A stretch of DNA of 42,346 bases from an uncultured Gammaproteobacteria bacterium. GTDB taxonomy: Bacteria; Patescibacteriota; Patescibacteriia; Magasanikbacterales; UBA922. The DNA is taken from assembly GCA_965231005.1 (NCBI GenBank), contig OZ246405.1, positions 431,877 to 474,222 of the forward strand, written 5' to 3'. Under the pieces are notes generated by a model. That model saw only the letters and a program-made list of their open reading frames with translations. It had not been told where the DNA came from and did not search any database. Made by a program: the position numbers and the translations under genes. Below are positions 15,098 to 23,634 of the stretch, piece after piece (the stretch's first letter is position 1; the number at the start of each line of letters is the position of its first letter).

Positions 15098-15838
15098 CTA
15101 ATAATATTCCTTTTTATATTGTGCACATAAATTATCAATAATTTCAAGGTCTGCAACATCGTCGTATCCAGTGAGCTTAAGCAGGACTTCACGCTTATCT
15201 GGCGTAAAATATTTATACGGACAGTCTGCATGTGCGTACTTTTCAGACTGATTATACATTGGATCACCAGCCAAACTTGTTTCTTGAGACATATTTACAA
15301 CACCAAAGTCAAAATTGTGCCAGCCTTTGCCAGAACTATAACCAAGAAATTCTCCAGCTTTAATTTCAATTGGCTCAATCTTTTTTGAGTGTGTTGTATT
15401 GCTTGCAGGGCCAGCAAAGGCCTTTGCAATTTTTTCTGGTGGGTTTATAAGATGGTCAAAAAAGTAGAACACTTCGCAGCTCATAACAAAATTTAGTATG
15501 TACTGGTCCAGATGACCTCTTCCACCAAGATTCTCGCGATATTTTGCTCCTTCTACCAAGAGTGCATCTGCAGGGGCGTAGACTGGCACACGCTCTGTTA
15601 CATTAATATAACTATGTCCTTTTAACCCAGACGAGACTCGCATAAGCGGGGGGTTAAGGAGCTGAACTTTTGTCATGTCTGTTGGGTAGTGTGTAAAGAC
15701 TGGATTCGGATTTGATTCGCAGTCCACACCAAATCTGTACGAAAGTCTGTTTTCGTCTACATGGTGCATTACATTAATACCAACAATAACAAGAACGGCA
15801 GTAAATATAATAATTGGTATGAGTATGCGGAGTTTCAT
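15098..15838 (-). CDS. Membrane-anchored hypothetical protein
   Basis: The ATG at 15838 (MKLRILIPIIIFTAVLVIVG, an N-terminal TM or signal anchor) avoids overlap with the upstream permease. No family recognised. Confidence 0.55.
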   Translation of the reverse strand: MKLRILIPIIIFTAVLVIVGINVMHHVDENRLSYRFGVDCESNPNPVFTHYPTDMTKVQLLNPPLMRVSSGLKGHSYINVTERVPVYAPADALLVEGAKYRENLGGRGHLDQYILNFVMSCEVFYFFDHLINPPEKIAKAFAGPASNTTHSKKIEPIEIKAGEFLGYSSGKGWHNFDFGVVNMSQETSLAGDPMYNQSEKYAHADCPYKYFTPDKREVLLKLTGYDDVADLEIIDNLCAQYKKEYY

Positions 15839-15846
15839 GTTGTCTT

Positions 15847-17145
15847 TTATCCTAAATAAATTCCTAACAAGAGTAGAAGAGTTGATCCAAGTAAATATGG
15901 ATTTACTTTTTTCCAATCACCTTGAAAGACTTGCAGTATAATAAACAATCCAAATCCAACAAGCATTGCCTTATCAAGTCCAAAAGTCCAAATCGTCGCA
16001 AGGATCATGGCGCTTACTGCGAGCACATCTGACCAATGATACGACTTCAAATCCTTTTTTGTAGGGAAAAGTGTGAGTCCTACAAAAAGTAATGCACCAG
16101 TTGTTGCAACCACAGGAACTAAATTTACAAGTGGTGTAAGAAGCAAGAAACATAACATCAATATTCCACTTACCACAGACGTGAGTCCTGTTCTTCCACC
16201 TTCACCAATTCCAACAGCACTTTCTACATAGGTTGTTACATTTGTTGTTCCAAGTGCTGCACCAATTGCTGTTGCTCCACCGTCTATTGTCAGAGCTTCT
16301 TTCATGTTTGGCATGTCTCCTTTTTTATCGACAATTGTTGTATTCCGGGTAAGACCAATAAATTTTGCAATGCTTCCGTAAAAATCAATAATGAAAAGGA
16401 TCAAAATAATACTTAAGATTTTTGGATTGAATATAATGCCAAGATTAAATGCAAGTGTTCCATCTAACATGTCACCAGAAATCTTGATTGGTTCTATTGC
16501 ATCTCCAATACCAAGTAAGTGAGCAGCAACTGATGCCAAAATAATTGAAATAATAATTGTTCCTTTTACTTTAAAATGTCGGAGGAGTAGGGCAACAACA
16601 AGTCCAACATAAAATACAATTACTTCTGGAGAAGTAAGAATGCCAATTCCTTTTATTTGAATTCCTTCGTATGCAAGAATACCACTTACTTTTAATGCAA
16701 TAAGCATAAGGAACACACCAACAGATGCAGCAAGACCAGATTTTAATTTATCTGGAATTGCTTTAATAATGTATTCTCGAATGCGCAAAAAATTAATAAT
16801 AAGCATTAACACACCAGACCAAAATACTGCACCAAGTGCGTCTTGCCAGACAAAGCCAAGTGTTCCTACAACCACAAAGGCAATATATGCATTCATTTCA
16901 AGTCCAGGAGCAAGTGAAAATGGTTTATTTGCCCAAAGTCCCATAATAATTGTTGCAAGTGAAGAAATAATAACAGTCGCAAAAAATACTATGCTTTTGC
17001 TTATCCCAGCTTCGGCAAGGATGGCAGGGTTTACTACAAAGATGTATGAGAGAGATAAGAATGTTGAAAGTCCTGCAAGGATTTCAATTCGCCATGTTGA
17101 TCCGATTTTGGTAAAACCAAAATAGTTGTCGAGTTTTTTGATCAT
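15847..17145 (-). CDS. NCS2/AzgA-like adenine-guanine-hypoxanthine permease
   Basis: The N-terminus LDNYFGFTKIGSTWRIEILAGLSTFLSLSYIFVVNPAIL matches the remembered AzgA/PurP/GhxP signature. Many TM spans. The ATG at 17145 (MIKKLDNY) is preferred over the track start 17289. Confidence 0.8.
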   Translation of the reverse strand: MIKKLDNYFGFTKIGSTWRIEILAGLSTFLSLSYIFVVNPAILAEAGISKSIVFFATVIISSLATIIMGLWANKPFSLAPGLEMNAYIAFVVVGTLGFVWQDALGAVFWSGVLMLIINFLRIREYIIKAIPDKLKSGLAASVGVFLMLIALKVSGILAYEGIQIKGIGILTSPEVIVFYVGLVVALLLRHFKVKGTIIISIILASVAAHLLGIGDAIEPIKISGDMLDGTLAFNLGIIFNPKILSIILILFIIDFYGSIAKFIGLTRNTTIVDKKGDMPNMKEALTIDGGATAIGAALGTTNVTTYVESAVGIGEGGRTGLTSVVSGILMLCFLLLTPLVNLVPVVATTGALLFVGLTLFPTKKDLKSYHWSDVLAVSAMILATIWTFGLDKAMLVGFGLFIILQVFQGDWKKVNPYLLGSTLLLLLGIYLG

Positions 17146-17219
17146 AGAGTTTGTTAATAATATGCACTTAGTATATAGAGTTATAATACTCTTGAAAAGG
17201 TGTGTTTTTGGTATATAGA

Positions 17220-17248
17220 TTGACTTTCCTGTATTTCCATGATAACAA
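17220..17248 (+). promoter_or_regulatory. Candidate promoter of the 85-aa orphan cassette (divergent from the purine permease)
   Basis: TTGACT (17220-17225), 17-nt spacer, TAACAA, which is a weak -10. Alternative: TTGAAA (17192-17197), 16-nt spacer, TATAGA (17214-17219). Confidence 0.4.
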
Positions 17249-17289
17249 ATACATAAGGGATTTATCACACCCAAACACAGGAGGGCCAC

Positions 17290-17547
17290 ATGGCGCCAGG
17301 ATTTTCAAAATTCAAAATCGGTGACAAGGTGCGTCCAGAACCAGGCCAGACTTGGGCGTTTGGAAAGGACTTTCCGAAACGCACATTCTGGGACTGGCTG
17401 TTTCGCAGACCAAAGCCGGTCTACACGGTTGTGTCCAGCAGGTACCAAGAACCACGGTGCCAGATTGGCGGGACCTACACGACCATCGAAGGACATGACG
17501 GCGAACAGTACGAACTTCCAGACTGCTTCATCGTGAAGGCGGCGTAG
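17290..17547 (+). CDS. Hypothetical protein, 85 aa, high-GC orphan
   Basis: AGGAGGGccacATG. GC-rich ORF bounded by AT-rich DNA and a good terminator. No family recognised. Confidence 0.55.
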   Translation: MAPGFSKFKIGDKVRPEPGQTWAFGKDFPKRTFWDWLFRRPKPVYTVVSSRYQEPRCQIGGTYTTIEGHDGEQYELPDCFIVKAA

Positions 17548-17592
17548 GACGGGTGTGATGAATGTGGCTGCTTGTCGGCCCAGGAAACACAA

Positions 17593-17626
17593 AAGGGCTC
17601 AGCTTGCTGTGCCCTTCCGTTTTTTT
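17593..17626 (+). terminator. Rho-independent terminator of the 85-aa cassette
   Basis: AAGGGC (17593-17598) pairs with GCCCTT (17611-17616), followed by CCGTTTTTTT. Confidence 0.6.
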
Positions 17627-17644
17627 AAGCGCATAATGCGTTTT

Positions 17645-18160
17645 TTATTTTTCCAACAATAAGTCACTATAAGAAACTGAGATTAAATCTTGATCAGAAA
17701 TATTAAATAGATCAAGATATGATTGGCACTGCTCGACCAGTGTTTCTTTTTTTTCTGTTCCTTTAAAATCAAGTACTTCAATTTCTACAAATGTACCCAA
17801 ATCTTTTACAGTATCAATGTGAAATTTAATATGATCAATAAAATATATTTCTCGTTGTTTATCGACAACAACCAGAACACCCAATGCTTTTGTTAATATT
17901 TCTTTCAATGAAGATGTTGGATCAGATTTGAAAAGGGTTACATCTGACTGCTTTGGTCCTTCTTTGTTTTCTCTTTCATAATGAATCAAATGATTCTCTA
18001 TGTTTCCCTCTCTTAATTTTAATCTTCCACTGGTTACATTAAAGTATGTATCAATTTGATGGTCAGTTCCTTTGAATTCTGCATGTTTTGAAAGTAAGAT
18101 ATTTCGTATTTGGTCTTGATTTTCAGATTTTGCTTTTATTTCAATGCTTATGTGCGGCAT
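17645..18160 (-). CDS. CYTH domain protein (class IV adenylate cyclase / triphosphatase family)
   Basis: N-terminal ISIEIKAK (ExExK motif) and a size of 171 aa typical of CyaB-like CYTH proteins. Confidence 0.65.
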   Translation of the reverse strand: MPHISIEIKAKSENQDQIRNILLSKHAEFKGTDHQIDTYFNVTSGRLKLREGNIENHLIHYERENKEGPKQSDVTLFKSDPTSSLKEILTKALGVLVVVDKQREIYFIDHIKFHIDTVKDLGTFVEIEVLDFKGTEKKETLVEQCQSYLDLFNISDQDLISVSYSDLLLEK

Positions 18161-18179
18161 AATGTTTGGTTGGAAAAAA

Positions 18180-18626
18180 TTATTTTAATCTTACAATTGC
18201 ATCTCTATTTATTTTTCTTAAATCAATTGTAAAACCTTTCCACCCAGCGCGTTTTGCAGTAGGTCGCAATTCTTTTCGTTCAACAAACATTTCTGGTGCT
18301 TGAAAATCTACTGGAAGATAAAAAATGGAAAACGTTTTTTCGTGTACTAGTACAATAAATAATGGAAAGTAAATTCCAGCTTGCATGCGTTCGTGTTGTG
18401 GTTGCCATGCAGCAGCAGGAAGGGTAGAAGGAATACGATCTATATTTTTAGTCCGTTTTGTTTTTACCTGCCCCAAATAACCACAAAAATCGCAGATAAC
18501 ATCAACACATTTGAAATCCGTTGGTAATACAGTAAGTGTTTTTTTCTTTTTGCATTTTGGACAAGAGCAGTGTTTGATGACCATCTTTTCTCCGTAGGTC
18601 CCTAATTTTTGTTTTTCTGTTGGCAT
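18180..18626 (-). CDS. DpnI-like PD-(D/E)XK nuclease domain protein lacking the DpnI C-terminal winged-helix domain
   Basis: CPKC...DVICDFCGYLGQVKTKR and RKELRPTAKRAGWKGFTIDL parallel remembered DpnI segments CPNC...DFYCNHC..FELKSKK and RKPLAPTARRAGWIGCNIDL. It is 148 aa versus about 254 aa for DpnI. Confidence 0.55.
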   Translation of the reverse strand: MPTEKQKLGTYGEKMVIKHCSCPKCKKKKTLTVLPTDFKCVDVICDFCGYLGQVKTKRTKNIDRIPSTLPAAAWQPQHERMQAGIYFPLFIVLVHEKTFSIFYLPVDFQAPEMFVERKELRPTAKRAGWKGFTIDLRKINRDAIVRLK

Positions 18627-18706
18627 ATATTTTTCTCTAAATTAACCCAAATTTATACTATCAAATAACCCCCAATTTATCCACATTCCCTCCTTATATA
18701 TAGGAC

Positions 18707-18735
18707 TTGACAAGATTTCTATATATATGTATAAT
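18707..18735 (+). promoter_or_regulatory. Consensus sigma70 promoter upstream of the 23S-5S operon
   Basis: TTGACA (18707-18712), 17-nt spacer, TATAAT (18730-18735). Both hexamers are perfect. Confidence 0.75.
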
Positions 18736-18900
18736 GTTGAAGCATTAAAAACCTAGTAAATCGCTTTCTTCCCGGAACAAGGAAGCCACGTCCCTAACAC
18801 TGTTTGGACCTCTGGAATATCGTAGCAAAAAAATCATGTTACACATACTCACATATTCTAGACACTCAAGCAGGTAAGACGTACCCAGTATTTGTTCTCG

Positions 18901-18922
18901 CCGCTTGAAAAGCGGTTTTTTA
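18901..18922 (+). terminator. Terminator-like or boxB-like hairpin in the rRNA leader
   Basis: CCGCTT-GAAA-AAGCGG followed by TTTTTT. GCCTTAAACAA right after it (18925-18935) resembles the boxA sequence GCTCTTTAACAA. Confidence 0.45.
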
Positions 18923-19303
18923 AATGCCTTAAACAAATTATCACACGCACAGTTTTGATGAAGAATCATCAACACAATGTGGTTGATAATACCGATACGA
19001 AAGAAACAGTCTGATCATTACAATTCAACGCAAAGCAACAAACCAAAAAATAAAGTGAAACAAAGAAAACAATTATGTGTTTTCGTAGTGCGCAATTCAA
19101 GAGCGTATGGTGGATGCCTAGACACGTTTTGACGATGAAGGACGTAGTAACCTGCGATAAGCCTCGGTAAGGTGGTAAACAACCTTTGACCCGGGGATTT
19201 CCGAATGGGGGAACCCAGCTCGAGTAATGTCGAGTTACCTCAAATTTATTTGAGGGGAAGACCTAGCGAAGTGAAACATCTCAGTAGCTAGAGAAAAAGA
19301 AAA

Positions 19304-19390
19304 CAAAAAAAGCTTCTTTTATAACCATTCTTCTGGTTACTGTTTCGAGCCCTCGGGCAAGAGACAGCAACCATTAGATTGGTTCAGAAG
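19304..19390 (+). other. Insertion of about 80 nt in 23S domain I
   Basis: Between GAGAAAAAGAAA and GATTCCGTAAGTAGTGGCGAGCGAA, E. coli has about 9 nt and this sequence has about 90 nt. It contains the hairpin GGTTACTGTTTCGAGCCCTCGGGCAAGAGACAGCAACC. Confidence 0.6.
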
Positions 19391-19393
19391 TGT

Positions 19394-19424
<31 letters not shown>

Positions 19425-20958
19425 ACAGCCCAAACCTATATTGTGTTGAGAAGAGTACGGATTGTCTTCGGATGATTTTAGGCTCGACTCTTAAAGGACA
19501 GGCCGTTGCAATATAGGTGTTGTAGGATGCAACATTGACTACCTGTGATGTCAAATGGTGTATATATCTTGTATAATCGAATATTTCTGGAACGTTAGAC
19601 CATAGAGGGTGATAGTCCCGTAGATAAAATATGTTATATACAGTATCGTTGTATTCCTGAGTAGGGCGGGACACGTGAAATCCCGTCTGAATTTGTCGCG
19701 ACTATGCGATAAGGCTAAATACGAAACGTGATCGATAGTGAACCAGTACCATGAGGGAAAGGTGAAAAGTAGCCCGGAGAGGGCGGTGAAATAGTCCCTG
19801 AAACCATACGTTTACAAAGAGCAGGAGCCCGTAAGGGCGACTGTGTTCCTATTGAAGAATGAGCCTGCGAGTGTGCTATGTGTCGCAGCTTAACCCCGTT
19901 AAATCGGGGGAAGGCATAGGGAAACCGAGTCTTAACCGGCGAATTAGTGGCACATACACGACCCGAAACCGAGCGAGCAATCCATGGCCAGGTTGAAGGG
20001 ACGGTAAGACGTCCTGGAGGACCGAACCCACGCACCGTGCAACATGCGGGGATGAGCTGTGGATAGCGGAGAAATTCTTATCGAGCTCGGTAATAGCTGG
20101 TTCTCCTCGAAACAGTTTTAGGACTGGCTGTATGTGTTCCCTCTGGGGGTAGAGCACTGGATGAGGGTTGGGCGGTTCGCCGTACCACCTTCAATCAAAC
20201 TCCGAATACCAGAGATTTATAGCATGCAAGTTAGACTATGGGGGCTAAGCTTCATAGTCGAAAGGGAAACAGCCCAGACCGCAAATTAAGGTCCCTAAAT
20301 CAATACTAAGTGTTAAAGGTGGTGTTGATTCTTATACAACCAGGAAGTTGGCTTAGAAGCAGCCATCTTTTAAAGATAGCGTAACAGCTCACTGGTCAAG
20401 AGTCTTCGCGCCGAAAATGTACCGGGGCTAAGTATTGTACCGAAATTGCGGCTTTGTATATTTCTTCGGAAGTGTACAAGGGGTAGAGGAGTATTCTTAT
20501 TGCGTCGAAGTCGGACCCGCGAGGGCCGGTGGAGCGATGAGAAGCAAGAATGCAGGCACAAGTAGCAAAAATGAAGGTGAAAGTCCTTCACGCCGAAAAC
20601 CCAAGGTTTCCAGGGCAACGTGAATCGTCCCTGGGTTAGTCGATCCTAAGGCCAGGCCGAAAGGCGTAACCGATGGATGAGCAGGTTAATATTCCTGCAC
20701 TTGGTATTGTGTTGCATGAATGTGTGCATTTCAAAGATCTGAGCGTTGTATGGCTACACGTATCGCAAGATAAAGACCGCGGCTTCGGCCAAGGTCAATT
20801 CAGGTTGGAGAAGTGCCTAGAAAAGCATTTGTGTGTAAACAATATCAAATCGTACCGCAAACCGACACAGGTGGGTAGGTCGAGAAGACCAAGGCGCACG
20901 AGAGAAACATGGTTCAGGAACTCGGCAAAACAGCGGCCGTAACTTCGGGATAAGGCCT

Positions 20959-21075
20959 GCCCGCTTTCGCTTTTCGTTTCCACTCAAAGCTTCAGCGAGG
21001 CAAAGCCCTTTAAAGTAAAATTTTTAGGGGCTGTGCCTCGCTATAGCACGAGCGGAGCGAAGTGCGAAAGCGGGC
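20959..21075 (+). other. Enlarged variable helix in 23S domain IV-proximal region
   Basis: A perfect 12-bp closing stem GCCCGCTTTCGC / GCGAAAGCGGGC encloses a second stem AGCGAGGCA..TGCCTCGCT. It is roughly 50 nt longer than the corresponding E. coli segment as I remember it. Confidence 0.5.
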
Positions 21076-21810
21076 TCAACAAAAGATGTCACGCGACTGT
21101 TTACCAAAAACACAGCTCTCTGCGAACTCGTAAGAGGACGTATAGGGGGCGATGCCTGGCCAGTGTCAGAACGTTAAAGCAAGGGGTTATTTCATTTCGG
21201 TGAAAGAAGCTCTGAACTGAAGCGCTGATGAACGCCGGCGGTAACTATAACCGTCCTAAGGTAGCGAAATTCCTTGTCGGGTGAGTTCCGACCCGCACGA
21301 ATGGCACAACGGTGTGACAACTGTCTTAACCATGTACTCGGCGAAAATGCATTTGTCGTGAAGATGCGACATACACGCAGCAAGACGAAAAGACCCCGTG
21401 AAGCTTTACTACAGTTTGATATTGATAAATTGCTCTACATGTTCAGCATAGGTGGGAGCCTTCGGGCACCAGTGAGATACCACCCTTGTATTGTAGTTTG
21501 TCTAACTGCTCCGACTGAATCGTCAGAGCGGGACAGTATCTGATGGGTAGTTTAACTGGGGCGGTTGCCTCCCAAACAGTAACGGAGGCGTTTACAAAGG
21601 TTGGCTTGGTCCGGATGGAAATCGGACTGGACGTGCAAACGCATAAGCCAGCTTTACTGCAAGGGCTACCACCCGAGCAGTTACGAAAGTAGAAGTTAGT
21701 GATCCGACCGTACGATATAGGACGGCGGAAGCTCAACGGATAAAAGTTACTCCGGGGATAACAGGCTGATCGCGCCCAAGCGTCCACAGCGACGGCGCGG
21801 TTTGGCACCT

Positions 21811-22171
21811 TAACATATCGGGGTGCACAAACAGTGATGTTTTTCCCAATACTTTTCGTCAAGTATAAAATACAAACAAAATACAGATAGGTAAAAAAGA
21901 GACACAAAATCGGCTATAACGGTGAACCCGTAAGTGGAAGAAACGCCACACGGCAATACCGTGGGAAGTCGTCCTAATTTAATTGGGATTGACCCCGTAA
22001 CGACTGACTCGAAAGAGGAGACTTGGTAAGAAATTACTGCCAGGTAACACGCCGACTCTTGTTAAAAAAAACTGAGATCATGCGGTTCACGTCCCGACTA
22101 GTCGGGATCCGCTACCATCCAGAACAAGATGAAGATATAGTCTGCGCCACAAGAAACTGTGGAATCAAGTA
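21811..22171 (+). mobile_element. ORF-less group I intron in 23S rRNA (E. coli position about 2500)
   Basis: Removing it restores GGCACCT|CGATGTCGGCTCATC. P1: exon GCACCU (21805-21810) pairs with GGGUGC (21821-21826), with a U.G wobble at the splice site. P10: AUAUCG (21815-21820) pairs with 3' exon CGAUGU (22172-22177). R-like GTTCAC..CGACTAG (22085-22101). S-like AAGATATAGTC (22132-22142). P9-like hairpin at 22147-22162. Confidence 0.75.
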
Positions 22172-22283
<112 letters not shown>

Positions 22284-22668
22284 CTATCTGCTGTGTGCGT
22301 TGAATAGTGAGGAAACTCGCCCCTAGTACGAGAGGACCGGGGTGGACAAACCTCTGGTGTACCAGTTGTCCTGCCAAGGGCATTGCTGGGTAGCTAAGTT
22401 CGGTACGGATAAGCGCTGAAAGCATCTAAGTGCGAAGCCGTTTCCAAGATTACTATTCATTTGAGATACCTTCGAGACGAGGAGGTTGATAGGCACTAGG
22501 TGTACGCCCCAAAAGGTGTAGCCGAGGTGTACTAATATATCGAGTGTACTACGAAAACACAGAGTTGTTTTTGACTCACATTATTTGCTTGTCCTGAGCG
22601 ATCTGGCCTAAAGGCCAGAGAGTCGAAGGATTGTTTACAATATTATTTTACTCGAACTGAGTATAGAA

Positions 22669-22776
22669 TCTAGGTGGTTCTTGCAATGGGGGTATACCTG
22701 TTCCCATCCCGAACACAGAAGTTAAGTCCATTAGCGCCGATGATAGTCGAAAGGCAAAAGTAGGTCGCCGCCTAGA
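22669..22776 (+). rRNA. rrf: 5S rRNA
   Basis: Helix I TCTAGGTGG / CCGCCTAGA and the hallmark CCTGTTCCCATCCCGAACACAGAAGTTAAG. A flanking processing stem joins ACTGAGTA (about 22655) and TACTCAGT (about 22781). Confidence 0.9.
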
Positions 22777-22788
22777 TCCTGTACTCAG

Positions 22789-22815
22789 TTTACCTGCCGT
22801 GAGGTAGGTTTTTTT
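22789..22815 (+). terminator. Terminator of the 23S-5S operon
   Basis: TACCT-GCCGTG-AGGTA stem-loop followed by a T-run (22809-22815). Confidence 0.6.
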
Positions 22816-22864
22816 GTACTCATTTTTTATTTTATGATAGTATATGATTACATAATCAATATCT

Positions 22865-23335
22865 ATGAATGAATCATTTATGAAGCAAGCAATTGAACTC
22901 GCAAAGGAGCATAGTGCCAAGCTTGAAGGCGGTCCATTTGGTGCTGTTATTGTAAAGGATGGAAAAATTATTGGAGAGGGATGGAATACTGTGCTAGGAT
23001 CAAATGATCCCACTGCGCATGCAGAAGTAAATGCAATTCGAAATGCGTGTAAAAACATTGGTTCTTATGATTTGACTGGATGTGAAATATATTCAACAAC
23101 AGAACCTTGTCCAATGTGTTTAGCATCAATTTATTGGGCTCGACTTGATTCACTATACTTTGGAAATGGAAAAGATGATGCTGCCCGCATTGGCTTTGAT
23201 GATGCATTTATTTATGAAGAATTTGAAAAAGATGTTGCAGAAAGACGGTTGAAAACAACATCCGGAGTACTCAGTGATGATGTAAATAATTTATTTAGTG
23301 AGTGGGAAGCGTTGGATTCAAAAACGATTTACTAA
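22865..23335 (+). CDS. guaD: Guanine deaminase (CDA-fold, GuaD type)
   Basis: Very similar to remembered B. subtilis GuaD: GGPFGAVIVKDGKII, NDPTAHAEV.AIR, EPCPMCL..IYWAR, GFDD.FIY.E. Confidence 0.8.
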   Translation: MNESFMKQAIELAKEHSAKLEGGPFGAVIVKDGKIIGEGWNTVLGSNDPTAHAEVNAIRNACKNIGSYDLTGCEIYSTTEPCPMCLASIYWARLDSLYFGNGKDDAARIGFDDAFIYEEFEKDVAERRLKTTSGVLSDDVNNLFSEWEALDSKTIY

Positions 23336-23339
23336 TATT

Positions 23340-23546
23340 ATGAGTGAAAAAGAAAAACATCACATGTCAAAAAAAGAATTAGATGAACAAAGAAGACCTA
23401 TGATTCACGATCTTCCGGATCTTCAAATTGTTCCGCATACACCAAGCACAGAACAAGAGCCTGATGTTAGTCCTGCGCAAGAGCAAGATGTTATTGATGA
23501 AGCACTTAGAAAGAGTATGGTAGATACAGAAGTTGCAGAAGGATAA
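23340..23546 (+). CDS. Small acidic hypothetical protein (68 aa)
   Basis: The ATG at 23340 lies just after the guaD stop. AT-rich host composition. No family recognised. Confidence 0.4.
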   Translation: MSEKEKHHMSKKELDEQRRPMIHDLPDLQIVPHTPSTEQEPDVSPAQEQDVIDEALRKSMVDTEVAEG

Positions 23547-23568
23547 CATTTCTAATTTATACGTGAAA

Positions 23569-23595
23569 ACACCCTTGACAAAGGGTGTTTTTTTT
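23569..23595 (+). terminator. Rho-independent terminator of the guaD / small ORF unit
   Basis: ACACCCTT-GACA-AAGGGTGT followed by TTTTTTT. Confidence 0.7.
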
Positions 23596-23603
23596 GATAG
23601 ATT
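23575..23603 (+). promoter_or_regulatory. Promoter of the 118-aa orphan cassette, overlapping the preceding terminator
   Basis: TTGACA (23575-23580, spanning the stem end and the loop of the terminator), 17-nt spacer, TAGATT (23598-23603). Confidence 0.45.
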
Positions 23604-23634
23604 TGTCGCAACAAACCAACCAAGGGGGTGAGAA

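Noticed and set aside
18742-18922. The rRNA leader segment as SRP (4.5S) or 6S RNA.
   Set aside because: CCCGGAACAAGGAAGCC only superficially resembles the SRP helix 8 motif; the loop would be 8 nt, not a GGAA tetraloop. There is no long end-to-end pairing as expected for 6S. It is left as an unclassified leader or possible sRNA.
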